NCBI RefSeq assembly: GCF_004010195.1
Contig: NC_057719.1
Coordinates: 32,432,988-32,494,005, forward strand
Length of the DNA: 61,018 nt
Origin: Chiloscyllium plagiosum
Lineage: Eukaryota
Direction: 5' to 3'
The notes under the pieces are model-generated. The model was not told where the DNA came from and searched no databases. It saw only the letters and a list, made by a program, of their open reading frames with translations. Each line of letters begins with the position of its first letter. The stretch's first letter is position 1. The position numbers and the translations under genes are program-made. Below, piece by piece: positions 1-11,760 of the stretch.

Positions 1-193
1 CACTCCGACCTATCACCCTCACCTTGACCTCCTTCCACCTATCGCATTTCCAACGCCCCTCCCCCAAGTCCCTCCTCCCTACCTTTTGTCTTAGCTTGCT
101 CGACACACTTTCCTCATTCCTGAAGAAGGGCTCATGCCCGAAACACGATTCTCCTGCCTGACCTGCTGCGCTTTTCCAGCAACATATTTTCAG
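1..193 (+). mobile_element. 3' end (pLTR) of a Penelope-like element, family A, with hammerhead motif; cut by window start
   Basis: Pyrimidine-rich tract, then CTGAAGA-A-GGGC-tcat-GCCC-GAAA (120-143), then ctgacctgctgcgcttttccagc. The same sequence ends the RT/GIY-YIG element at 38870-38986. Confidence 0.75.
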
Positions 194-194
194 T

Positions 195-990
195 GCCACA
201 AGATCTGGACAACATTCAACTGATACATGGCAAACAACTTTGAATTCAATTCAATTTAATTGTTACGTGTACTGAGGCACAGTGAAAGCTTTGTCTTGCG
301 AGCATTACAGGCAGGTCACATAGTTAAGTGGCAGAGATAAGTAAATAATAGGTAAACAGCGCCAAAAACAAAATCACAGGTATGGTATTAAATTTAAAGA
401 GTGTAGAATGATTTTAGGAAATAGGAAACTTAGATCTGCCTGCAGGAACTCGCAAGGAGTGGACCATATCCATGCCATCCTGCAAATGCCAGCAACAATC
501 ACCTCAAAACAGGAAACATCTAACTCCATTGCTTGATATTCCAGAGGATTATAATCATTGACCCTACCATCACACTGAACACCCCCCCCACCAGTTACCA
601 CATAATCAATATTATAGGAGTTGGCATTGATTGGAAATCTAACTGGATTTGTCATATAAACACTGTGGCTACAAGAACAGATTAGACAATGGGAAGCCTG
701 CAGCAATAAGACGTCTGCTTGCTCCCCCAAAATAATTTTTACTATTTTCTACAATTAACAAGTCAGGAATGTGATGGAACGCTCTCCACTTGCCCTGATA
801 AGTGCAGCTCTAACGATACTCAACATACAGGCACATCAAAGCAGCCCGCTTGATTAATACCTCATCTATCACATTCAACATTCACTGCCTCCACCATCAA
901 TGCACAGTACCGGTAGTATATGCCATCTACAAGATGCATTGTCGTAATTTAACAAGGTTCCTTCAACAGCACCTTTCAAATCATGACCTG
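195..990 (+). mobile_element. Old CR1/L2-group LINE, RT C-terminal fragment, interrupted at about 240-483
   Basis: Decayed translations QDLDNIQ..TWQ, VRNVMERSPLA and NIHCLHHQCTV..YAIYKMHC. Related pieces at 32740-34560, 49830-50290 and 55245-55500. Confidence 0.65.
240..483 (-). mobile_element. Short non-autonomous LINE-derived insertion (Rex/Babar-like 3' tail)
   Basis: Splits the LINE above. Has a (ttgaa)n tail on the minus strand and a 5' end caggatggc; organisation resembles 33092-33823. Confidence 0.4.
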
Positions 991-1379
991 CATTTCTTTT
1001 AGTCACTGAACCAATCAATAAGGTTACTCCGCAATGCCTAGTTGGACCCTGAAACATTTTATTTACATAATAATGATAGGGTGACTGATCTCTCTGTTGT
1101 CCCAAGTAGTCTGTATTCTTCTTCAAGTGCCACACTCAGAGTATTTCCACAGTACGATGCCATAATCTATTGAAATGATTAAAAAGGCAATGGAGGCAGT
1201 AATCAAATGTGGACAAATACAGTTACACTAATCTGCTGACCGTCTGAACTAAATGAGTAATAATTAACCTGAAAGAATTTATTTCCTAAATGCTTGTTTT
1301 GTATCCAAGTTGAAGCTATAATGCTGTGAATAAAAATGTTCAAAATGGTTTGAAAATGGAAGCAGAGTGAGGTGAGGAT

Positions 1380-1538
1380 AATGTTGCTGGAAAAGCACAG
1401 CAGGTCAGGCAGCCTGATGAAGGGCTCCTGCCTGAAATGTCGATTCTGCTGCTGCTTGGATGCTGCCTGACCTGCTGTGCTTTTCCAGCAACATACTCTC
1501 GACTCTGATCTCTAGCATCTGCAGACCTCACTTTCTCT
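1380..1538 (+). mobile_element. Mini PLE derivative, family A: inverted arm + hammerhead + arm + tail, 12-bp TSD
   Basis: TSD tgaggtgaggat at 1368-1379 and 1539-1550. Perfect 33-bp inverted repeat 1381-1413/1462-1494. CTGATGA at 1414-1420, GAAATGTC at 1434-1441. Confidence 0.85.
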
Positions 1539-2493
1539 TGAGGTGAGGATTATGGCAAAGAGATGGTTCTCTCTCTTTCAAAGCTTAAAGCTACAATCGT
1601 GGATGCATAATTTTTTGGTTCAAATACAGCAAAAAGTATCACATCCACTGTTACAATACTTATGGAAAATACCCCTGGGCCCTGGGAAATGAAAAAATTG
1701 AACCAAAGCTGCTATCTCCCTGCAATGTCATTTCAGCTTAACATTTCTGTTGAAGATTGCACATCTTTGGTTAAAAGCTGAGGGAGATTGAAAGAGTTGA
1801 CAGGAAGCTTCACTGTGAGATCCATTTAATCAACTCAAACATAACAGTACATCAGTATGCCTCAGACATACACAGCATCACACATTCCTTTCATTGGAAG
1901 AGAATCAATTGCACAGGTTGAGCTTAAAATAGAAAGAATATGTAATCATCTCTGAAAGTGGAATTTATATCAAACAGTAATCTTTCAAGTGACAAAAATT
2001 GGCTGAGATGAATCATGTGATATCACATCATGAATATGCTACTTCAGTATCAAATGGCTTTTTTTCTGGTTTTCCAATACAGATGAGAAAAAAGAACAGT
2101 TTTAAAGTCAACTATTTGGTCAGAGAGTTTAAATATAATTCACAATATTCTTGAATGAAGTAACACATCTGAAATCTGACAAGGTATCAGAATGCCAAAA
2201 AATATTACTGTTGGTCTGAAAGAATTATCTGGGACAATATTTTTAAAGCCAGTCTTATTTCTAGTCATTCAAGTTGAATTGTGAACTCTATCCTGGAGAG
2301 GCAAATTTGAAACTATTCAAACTAGATTTTAAAATTCTTGGCTGAACATTTGATTTTTTTTGAAATGTCATCGGCATTTTTTTTGCCAGCAGATACACCC
2401 ACCTTAAGGACTGACATTTTCAGCTGTCTGCTTTTCTAGGTTAGGTAAGGTTAATCTGTATCATACTCAGGCATATCAATAATATCCAAAATA

Positions 2494-2572
2494 ATGGTGG
2501 CTCAATGGGTGGTGGCTCATGGGTGGCATGGTGGCTCAGTGGTGAGCACTGTTGCCTCACAGCACCAGGTCC
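2494..2572 (+). mobile_element. HE1-type SINE 5' head fragment with reiterated ggtggctca motif
   Basis: gggtggcatggtggctcagtggtgagcactgttgcctcacagcaccagg matches the other HE1 heads; tggtggctca occurs three times. Confidence 0.75.
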
Positions 2573-3319
2573 CAATATCTAATTGACATATATTTGGTAA
2601 TCTCATTGAATTACAACTAGACAACAGCCAGAGATATCAAAGAACTTGATCAATCAGCATCATTGACTGCTGTGAGTACAAATCTGGAGATAGGCATTGG
2701 CCAGCCAGAAGACAGAGTTATTTTCTTTCTAATTAAAATCTAAACTCTTTCAAATTAGAAAACCTGCTACTTTTTTTTAACAAATTGTCTGAAGTCCCAA
2801 ATTAAAAGAAACAGCAGTCAAATGCTCACAATATCTACAAAACTCTTCTAAAAAAAGCCTACAATAACAGTTTGTATTTCTGAAAAGGCTTACTTGTGTC
2901 CAAAGTTTAGCTTGTTTTGGCATTTTCTTTCTCCAGTTGATTCTGAACTTAAAAGGAAGCATACATGATGTCAATAATTCTTATTTGGTATGAACACCAT
3001 CAACAGATTAGAGCTTGCAACCATAAGCCCTGCATTTCTTGACCTTCAAGGCTATATTTCTTAACACAGCTCTGTTAAAGGGACCAAGGTCAGTGAAGGA
3101 GCAACAGCAATGAAAATAATGAAAAACAGATAGAAAAATGGAAAAAAAAGAAGAAAATTAAATAAAACCCACACTCCACTTTTGGAAAAAAAAAATCAAA
3201 GACCTTCAAAGGGAAATGGAAGGCTTACAGTTAATTATGAAATATGTATCCACTCAAATGATATTTTTCTGGAATTACAACTTGTCAAATAATTTGCAGG
3301 TTTTATTTTGTTCATACAC

Positions 3320-3614
3320 AGGATGAGGATGTCACTGGCTAGGCCAATATTTATTACCCATCCACAATTGCCCAGTGTGTGAGCAGATGAAGATGGCAGT
3401 TTATCCCCCTACAGAACATTAGTAAGCCAGATGGATTTTTTCAACAATCGATAATGGATTCATGATCATCATTAGACTCTTAATTCCAGTTTTCTTTTAT
3501 TGAATTCACATTCCACCATCTGTAATGGTGGGATTCAAACCTGGGTCTGCAGAATATTATCTGGATTTCTGGATTAATAGTCCAGTGATAATATCATTAG
3601 GTTCATTGCCTTCC
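3320..3614 (-). mobile_element. DeuSINE/SacSINE-like tRNA-derived SINE
   Basis: Minus-strand B-box-like ggtttgaatccc, core aaaatccatctggcttactaatgttc and tail gggcaattgtggatgggtaataaatattggcctagccagtgac. Homologous to 45675-46235 and 51555-51920. Confidence 0.7.
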
Positions 3615-3962
3615 CTTTTACAAATCGAGGTTTGAATGATCCCATGGAGTGACCTCTGAAATTCTTGCTTGCTATTGGCCAGGAGGAGCTTTGCAATCTG
3701 GGCTTTCCATGGATGACCAAAAAGATCCAGAAAAGTTCTGGAAGGTACTTGAAGATGAGTTCAAAGCAAAAATTAAGTTCAGGATGAACAAACTCCAACT
3801 CATCTTATACAAACCCCAACCCCAAGAGTTTATTAAGCAGTTTGGTGGAAGAAAGGGAAGGACTGTAACTTTCCAAATGAGGAATTTTCAAATAAATTCA
3901 TCAAATTAGTAATCACCTCTCCACAATTAAACCCTGTAGGAAGACTCTTCTGGATGAGAAAA

Positions 3963-4421
3963 GGGGCAGCACAGTGGCTCAGTGGTTAACACTACTGCCT
4001 CACAACACCAAGGACCCAGGTTCAATTCCAGCCTTGGGTGACTGTCTGTATGGAGTTTGCACATTCTCCCCGTGTCTGCATGGGTTTCCTCTGAGTACTC
4101 TGGTTTCCTCCAGGTAAAAACAATGACTGCAGATGCTGGAAACCAGATTCTGGATTAGTGGTGCTGGAAGAACACAGCAGTTCAGGCAGCATTCGAGAAG
4201 CAGTAAAATCGCGCTGCGGGCAAAAGCCCCACAATCCAAGGATGTGCCGGTTAGCTGAATCAGCCAAGCTAAATTGCCCATAGTGTTCAGGGATGTGTAG
4301 GTTAGGTACATTAGTTAGGGAAAATGTAGAGTAATAGGGTAGGGGAATAGGTCTGGTTGGATTTGTGGATTTGTTGGGCCGAAGGGCCTGGTTCCACACT
4401 GTAGGGATTATATTCTATTCT
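3963..4421 (+). mobile_element. Full-length HE1-type SINE with nested PLE fragment
   Basis: A box gtggctcagtgg, B box ggttcaattcc, body tgcacattctccccgtgtctgc, CR1-like tail gggccgaagggcctg and (ttcta)n. Confidence 0.9.
4111..4229 (-). mobile_element. Family A-like PLE pLTR fragment inside the HE1 SINE, truncated in hammerhead stem II
   Basis: Minus strand reads gggcttttgcccg...tgctgcctgaactgctgtgttcttccagcacc...ccagcatctgcagtc. It interrupts ggtttcctcc|cacaatccaa. Confidence 0.75.
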
Positions 4422-5499
4422 TAAAAGTGATCATACCACTGGCATAATACTTTTGATGGATACAAGAGTGATGTCTTGTGGCAGATCACAACAATTAAGT
4501 GCTTTATGTGTAGCCAACATGATGGCCAAGTCAGTAAAGAGCACTGTACAAACAAAGCCGTGAACACATCCTGCTTGTTACACTTACTCAACAGCGGTCC
4601 AGGTTTTATTTGCATTTGTAATATTTGTGATATTTGTGAAGTCTATTACACGCATGTAGAAGTAATCTGATTCTAAAGGCCAAGCCAGACACCAGAACAA
4701 AATACAGGTGACTGACAAACTGTATAACACCATAACACTAACAGCAAGAAGAGTGTTAAGGCGGTATACAAATGAAGTTCAACATTAAGTAAGAAATAGA
4801 GAAATTTTACAAGAAAACCAAGTTAATTTCACACCATGTCAGTAATGTACAGCAATAAGAAGCTTTTACGACTCCTAAAGTTACATCCTGAAAGACAGAA
4901 TGACATCTCTTAAAAGATAAAACTGACACAGGGATCCAGTGCTAAAATATTACTCCATATCCTTAAAAGATATGTATCTTAGCAAGTGATGGTCCATGAT
5001 ACAATCTGTGAGAGACTATCGCACATCATCAATTCTGTGCATTGGCAAAGTCACACTGCAGTGCAAGTACACTTCCTGAATCTTCTACCTGGTAGATGCC
5101 AATGGTCTAGCAATGTCAGGGCTACCAGTATGTGTAAATCTCAGTACAGTCATAATTCATGAGATTCAAAGCACACTCACTGTAGTAGAACAGACCACAT
5201 ATGACACACTTGAATCAGTCAAGACCTTAAAAAGCAGTACCACTTTGATGTAGTCAAAAACTTAAAGGATGACACAATATTTCATCTCAAGGATGATGTT
5301 ATGGGGAAAAGGCAGGAAAATAGAGTTGAGGATTATCAGACTAGCCTTGATCTCATTCAGATTTGATGGGCTGAATGGCCTGATTCTGCTCCTTCGTCTT
5401 GTGCTTTTACAAGGAAATAATTCCTATATTTGTAAAACCAAGACGCACATACTCCCTTTCGATACTGCTTTGTATTTCAAGTCATGAGCTATTGGAGCT

Positions 5500-6470
5500 A
5501 ATTCCTCATGAACTCATGGCTAATGATATTTACAAGGCAAGGTAAGATTTTTAATGGTATTTTCCAGATGGCATGAAAATGAGTGAAAGAGCAAAGTGTG
5601 TGGAGGACCTGAAAGTATGCAGAGGAATAGAGATAGATTAAGTGAGTGGGCAAGGGTCTGCAAATGGAATACAATGTTGATAAATGTGAGGTCATCCATT
5701 TTGGTCAAAATAACAGCAAAATGGACTATTATTTAAATGGTGCAAACATGAGCATGTAGCTGTGCAGAGGGACCTGCGTATCCTTGTGCATGAATCACAA
5801 AAAGTTGGTTTGCAGGTGCAGCAGGTATTTCAGAAGGCAAATGAATGTTGCCTTTATTGCTAGAGGGATGGAATTTAAAAATAGGGAAATTATGCTGCAA
5901 CTGTATAGTGAGGCCATACCTGGAGTACTTTGTACAGTTTTGGTCTCCTTACTTGAGAAAGGGTGTATTGGCACTGGAGGGTGTGAAGAACGGGTTCCCT
6001 ATGTTGATTCCAGATTTGAGAGGGTTAGCGTATGAGGAGAGACTGAGTAGACTGGGGCAATACTCATTGGAATTTAGAAAAATGAAGAGGAATCTTATAG
6101 AAACTGATAAAATTATGAAGGAATAGATAAGATAGAAGCAGGGAGGTTGTTACCACTGGCTGGTGAAACTAGAACTAGAAGGCATAGCCTCAAAATAAGG
6201 GGGAGTAGAATTAGGACTTAGTTGAGGAGGAACTTCTTCACCCAAAGTGTTGTGAATCTATGGAATTCCCTGCTCAGTGAAGCAGTTGAGGCAACCTTGT
6301 TGAATGTTTTTAAGGCAAAAATAGATGTTTTTGAATAGTAAAGGAATTAAGGGTTATAGTGAGTGGGCACGTAAGTGGAGCTAAGTCTATAAAAAGATCA
6401 GCCATGATCTTATTGAATGGCAGACGAGGCTGGATGAGATAGATGGCCTACTCATGCTCCTAGTTCTTAT
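5500..6470 (+). mobile_element. CR1 LINE, 5'-truncated (RT C-terminus + 3' UTR)
   Basis: WQMEYNVDKCEVIHFG, VRPYLEYFVQFWSPYLRK and YEERLSRLGQYSLEFRK; 3' UTR gatcagccatgatcttattgaatgg. Confidence 0.92.
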
Positions 6471-8225
6471 ATCATTGCCATTGGAGTTTGGGTTCCTATG
6501 GGGCATAGCTCGAGGAAAGTAGCTGGACCACAATGATGTAGTTGGAGGATAAAAGTCACGCAGTCTTGTTCCTACAGAGGCTCATCCAGATTTGCTTTCA
6601 CAACCTGTAATGTACATTAAAACATAAGTTGAGAAGATAGATTTCAGTTAGTTCACCACTATCCTGAGAGGAATAAAGAAAAGTTTAAGACAGAAACAGC
6701 ATGTGCAACTGCTTCCAGCATATGACCCTAGGCTTTGCTGATGTACAAGTTGTGGATTTGTAGTCTAAGTTATAACTAATGGGAACATGGCCTTTTGCGA
6801 CTTTGAGGATGAAGGAGAAAAACATTCCATACCTCAGCCAAGAAGACAAGACAATCTGGACCATTTATTTTCCCCTACACTATCAACACAGCTCTGTAGT
6901 TAGCTGACAAATGATGCATTCACAGTGGGAAAAGACAACAATTTTAGCTTGTCTGGTCTCCAAGATTAAGCAAACTTTTCACATCAAGACCGCCTAACTA
7001 GAGCCCCAATGGAAAATTGACTAAACTTACAAGGTGAGTGCAAGTGATAGTCTAGTGGGACGGAGTTTTCAATCATCTGGATAGGAGGCAGCTGCTCCAC
7101 CACCTGTTTCAGTGGGTCATTTGACAGAATTAAAATACTGTACTGTTCAGGGCTGTGTTAATATTAAATATAATGTTCTAGGCAACATTTTACACCATTT
7201 TTCAAATTAAAACTGGCTTCTCCAATATCGCAATCTTTTCATTTAAAATTAGTAACACTACAACGTTAAAATTAAAATTTGATGAAATAATATTTAATTC
7301 CATAACTTAACTACTCTTCCTCTTAATAAAACTGATCAAATTATCCAAATAATGCAAGGTATAAGGAGGTAGGTCACCCTTGGTGTTGCTCAGTGATGGG
7401 TCAAAACTTAGTGCACAATTTCTGATGGTTATCATAAAGAAGACTGAATGTAACAATGTTTCACCTATGACATAGAAGCTTGTTTAATGAAGCAATTGTC
7501 TGGATATAGCTTTTACAAAGTAGGCAAGATGCCATTACATAAACCCACCCAACCCCTGCTGCTGGTGAAAATGTCATGCCAATCTTTGCTAATTTAGAAG
7601 TCACGTGGGTGCTGACATTGGTGGTCCATCTGCCATTTTGGATTCATTAATTTACAAGGAATGGAACTTGTTAACAACTCAATTGTTCATGATTTTTCAC
7701 TGTTTGCTGCATCATTTGGACATCAGTTGTAAAGATGTTTGTGGGTCTTTTATATAATGCATAAGAGCAATAGAAAAAGCCTGTCATCAGGATTGTGGTT
7801 TGAAAGTACAAACAGGTTCTGATGGGGAAGATGCTTTCTAGTAGCATTTTTTACATCTTTTCTTCACTTCAATGTTTATAAGAGTAAGGGACCTTTAAAA
7901 TTCTTAGGAAGACCGACTTTCAGTTGGTAGTATTATTCTTCTGTCACATAATGTCCTGGCTAACAGTGTCAATGGGCTGCAAAGTTTCCCCTGGAGCCAC
8001 AGTTTATCAGAACCAACTAGTTATACATTCACAGCAAGATTTGGTTCATATTCCACTATGAATGTAACTTCAATAAAAAGACAACACTATTACTTTATAG
8101 TAACTCAAAGGCATAAGGACTGTCTATGTTGTGGTATCTATAATCAGGCAAGCAAATCATAAAAATGGCCCTGAATAACAACTGCAAGGATGGAAGGGAA
8201 GCAAAGAGAAACATTTATGATGGAA

Positions 8226-8690
8226 GTAAGACCATCAGATGTAGGAACAGAAATAGGCCATTTAGCCCATCGAGTCAGATCCACCTTTCAGTGAGATGGT
8301 GACTGATCTGTTAATGGTAAACTTAACTGTCCTGCTCTTTCCCCATAACCCTTACTGATCTATTTTATTCTTGAATATGCTTAACAACTACATCTCTACA
8401 GCTCTATGCAGTAAAGAGCTCCACAGATTTACTAGCCTCTCAAAGAAAAAAAGTCCTCATCTCTTTCTTAAGTGGCTGACCCCCTAATCTGAGACTATGC
8501 CCATCTTCCAAAAATGTAAACAGCCTCTCTGCATCCACCCTACCAAGTGCCCTTAAGAACTGCATATATTTCAATAAGTTGCCTCTCATTCTTCTAAACT
8601 CAAATGAGTTCAGGCCCAAACTTCTCAACCTCTCCTCATAAGAAAATCTCTCCATACCCAGGAACATCCTAGTGAACCTTAAGTGTCTTT
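8226..8690 (-). mobile_element. CR1 LINE 3' fragment
   Basis: ORF 8440-8715 contains RFTRMFLGMERFSYEERLRSLGLNSFEFRRMRG. Confidence 0.88.
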
Positions 8691-8871
8691 TGGATTTATA
8701 ATTGCCTTCATTCATCCCAGATAGCCATTAATTGCCCATTCAATACTTAAATGGACATTCTCATATGTTGGAGGTAGTGGGAGTAGTCACCTCAGGCTCT
8801 ATGTTTCCCCTAATTACCCTAAATCCTGGTGAATATGTTGCAACAAAATTGGGTTTAAAGACATTAAAAAA

Positions 8872-9208
8872 AACAAAATAAAATAACTGCAAATGCTGGA
8901 AATCAGAAACAAAAACAAAAATTGCGGGAAAAACTCATGATGTGAAGGAGCTGGTGTTGGACTGGGGTGGACAAAGTTAAAAATCACACAACACCAGGTT
9001 ATAGTCCAACAGGTTTATTTGGAAGCACTAGCTTTTGGAGATTGCTCCTTTATCAGGTAGCTGATGAAGGAGCGGCGCTCTGAAAGCTAGTGCTTCCAAA
9101 CAACCTATTGGACTACAACCTGGTGTTGTGTGATTTTTACCTCTGGAAAATCTCAGAAAGTCTGGCAGCATCTGTGGAGACAAAGTAGAGTTAACATTTT
9201 GGTCCACT
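8872..9208 (-). mobile_element. Family D PLE pLTR fragment hosting the family B hairpin insertion
   Basis: actgcaaatgctggaaatcag...ggaaaaactc [insert] ...gtctggcagcatctgtggagacaaagtagagttaac; homologous to 22795-22927 and 26960-27095. Confidence 0.7.
8935..9140. mobile_element. Palindromic double-hammerhead mini-element, family B, copy 1
   Basis: About 80-bp inverted arms 8978-9056/9061-9139 around a gtag loop, plus a 43-nt unpaired tail. CTGATGA-A-GGAGC-ggc-GCTCT-GAAA-GCTA at 9061-9089, with a degenerate mirror copy on the minus strand. Confidence 0.85.
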
Positions 9209-9837
9209 GATTGGTCAATTTAAATGTACCAATCGCACAACAAGAATTGACATTGGTTCTTTATTTGAAACTAAAAATATAAACATAGTGAACTGGATGT
9301 ACAGTATTTCTAATCCTGCTGCTTGCAGACTGACTAGAAGTCATAGACTAATTAAGGGTACATTCACCTCATATCTCGAAATCTCCCTTTTTTCCAAAGA
9401 TTTACCTTTAAAGAATCAACTATTTCTGTGACAGCAAAGCAAAAAAAAATTAAGTCTGAGTGAACTATTAAGCAAAAACTAAACATTTACAAGTATCTGA
9501 AACATCAGTGGTTTGCTTGTCTGTCTAGACTTAGCCATTGTGATCTTTGCAGGAGGCTGCTGTACAATTTCAGAATGTTAGCTAAGGTTGCTTTGTTTGT
9601 GTTCTCTTTTAGACTGTGTTCTGTTTGCAATAGTGTTACTCGGTGTTTCTGATTGTGGTATAGATCTGAGTTAGCATGTTTTGTGCATTACTGTGAATAG
9701 GTATTCAGAGACTTGGGGATGTCTGTGCTGAAGGTGGTCTGACCATTTTAGGGTCTTGACAAATTGGAGGTGACTGTGCTCAATATGGAGTTACACAATA
9801 AAGCATATGAAGGTTATAGTTCTTATTTTCTTCCTCC

Positions 9838-9863
9838 ATATATATATATATATATATATATAT
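9838..9863. repeat. (TA)n microsatellite
   Basis: Direct reading. Confidence 0.95.
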
Positions 9864-9984
9864 CCAAAAAATATTTTCTTTATAGAAAATATAGTTATCT
9901 TTCCTTCTTATACATTATTGTTTTAAAACTATTTTATAATCATAGCATCATTATATTCAACAAAATTGTTGGTCTGACATGAAA

Positions 9985-10455
9985 ACATAAGAAAAGAAGC
10001 AGAAGTAGGCTATCTCACCCGTTGTCATTCAATAAGATCATGGCTGATCCTGTCATGGATTCAGCTCTACTTACCTGCCCACTCACCATGACCATTAATT
10101 CCTTTATTGTTCAAAAATCTATCTATCTTTACCTTAAAAACATTCAATGAGGTCGCCTCAACTGCTTCACTGGGCAGGGAATTCCACAGATTCACAACTC
10201 TTTGGATGAAGAAGTTCCTCCTCAACTCAGTCTTAAATCTGCTACCCCTTATTTTGAGGCTATGTCCCCACGTTCTACTTTCACCTGCCAGTGGTATCCA
10301 CCTCCCTGCTTCTATCTTACTTATTCCCTTCATAATTTTGTGTCTTTCTACAAGATTACCCTTCAATTCTTCTAAATTCCAATGAGTATAGTCCCAGTCC
10401 ACTCAATTTTTCCTCATAAGCCAACCCTCTCAACTCTGGAATCAAATTAATGAAT
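9985..10455 (-). mobile_element. CR1 LINE 3' fragment
   Basis: ORF 10067-10402 contains SRTWGHSLKIRGSRFKTELRRNFFIQRVVNLWNSLP; same subfamily as 5500-6470. Confidence 0.92.
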
Positions 10456-10631
10456 ATTCAATGTTATTACTACTCTTTCCTGTTATACTTGCAGTATGGC
10501 TCCAAACCGAAGTAAGATTCTGCATACACTCCCCTATCCTATGCTATTCTCGTCTCAATGTGGAGAAAAGCAACAATTCACAGAAAAACTAGCAGAAAGA
10601 TCAAGGCCAAAGGACAAGTTGCAAATAAATA

Positions 10632-10843
10632 GTCATGATTTTAAGGTGCCAGCGTTGGACTGGGGTGGATAAAGTTAAAAAAATACACAACACCAGGTTA
10701 TAGTCCAACGGGTTTATTTGGAAGTACTAGCTTTCGGAGTGCCGCTCCATCATCACAACCACCTGTTGAAGGAGCAATGCTGCAAAACTAGTGCTCCCAA
10801 ATAAACCTGTTGGACTATAATCTGGTGTTGTGTGATTTTTAAC
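10632..10843. mobile_element. Palindromic double-hammerhead mini-element, family B, copy 2, 10-bp TSD
   Basis: TSD caaataaata at 10622-10631 and 10844-10853; arms and tail as in copy 1. Confidence 0.88.
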
Positions 10844-11674
10844 CAAATAAATATTGTGGTGGTCATTACATAAAATGAAAGAAAGCATGTCCAGCTTGGG
10901 AGAAACAGTATTTTAACTGTAATCTAAATTATTTTGCAAGTTAGTATTTAACTGGGAAGAAGACAAATAAGTCTATCAAGCTTCTGGAGACAATTACCAC
11001 AGTGACATTGTAGTGAGGATTTTACGTAATCAAGTGTGACTACTAGACAGATGTCAGATGAAAATCTGGATGATTTAATCAAGCCTTAGAGCAGGTTGGA
11101 AACTTCAAATCTCAAGGAGAAAAAAATGGCTTGTAATAAAGGCAATGTAGACAGTGGAACAAGAGCTGCTGTGCCAGATAGACACTAATACTTCGAATAA
11201 CATTGAGTTTCAAGGCTTTTTATAGAAGTATGTCAGATGGCGATCTAAAAGTGAAACCACCTGAAGGAAAAATTGGGATTCCGGGATTGGTTGATGCTCA
11301 CCTTGAGAGGACAAATTAAACTGAGGGCCCAATACTACGGCAAGGCAGAAAGTTCCAAGTATTAGGCACAAAGATAAAGCCACTCATTTCAGCAAAAACT
11401 GGTCAAGAGCTTGGACTGGAAAAGCTAAAATGTTTCAGACTACAGTTGCAGTGTTTTGCGGGTCACATTGACTGATGAATAGACAAACAAACAGCTTGAG
11501 ACAGAAAGAGTTCAATTGCAGGAACACAAATAAAATTTGATTCCTAAATAAAGAAAAAAGAAAATCTTGCCTTGTCAAACACAGCAATGAAAAGAAAATG
11601 GTGTCTAACGCCACAGTGTAAAGCAGCTAAGAAGGTGTTCAACCAGAACCAAAGAGTACATCAATCCAACTGGC

Positions 11675-11760
11675 AGAAGTGGGTGGGATGCTCTTCGGAG
11701 GATCAGTATGGAGTTGATGGGCCGAATGGCCTGACTCCACATTGTAGAGGTTCTATGTTC
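11675..11760 (+). mobile_element. HE1/CR1 shared 3' tail fragment
   Basis: ctcttcggaggatcagtatggagttgatgggccgaatggcctg...ttctatgttc. Confidence 0.7.

Noticed and set aside
6825..6895. Possible 42-nt minus-strand exon (GKINGPDCLVFLAE)
   Set aside because: Good donor but weak acceptor, and no homology recognised.
8935..9140. Family B hairpins as MITEs or miRNA precursors
   Set aside because: Variable 9-13 bp TSDs, a one-sided tail and hammerhead cores fit Penelope retrotransposition rather than cut-and-paste transposition; there is no evidence for a miRNA.
9490..9790. Coding-looking minus-strand stretch
   Set aside because: All frames contain stops and no clear splice sites bound it.
10900..11670. 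5' LTR or leader of the Gypsy element
   Set aside because: No similarity to the 3' LTR at 17047-17420 and no primer-binding site seen.
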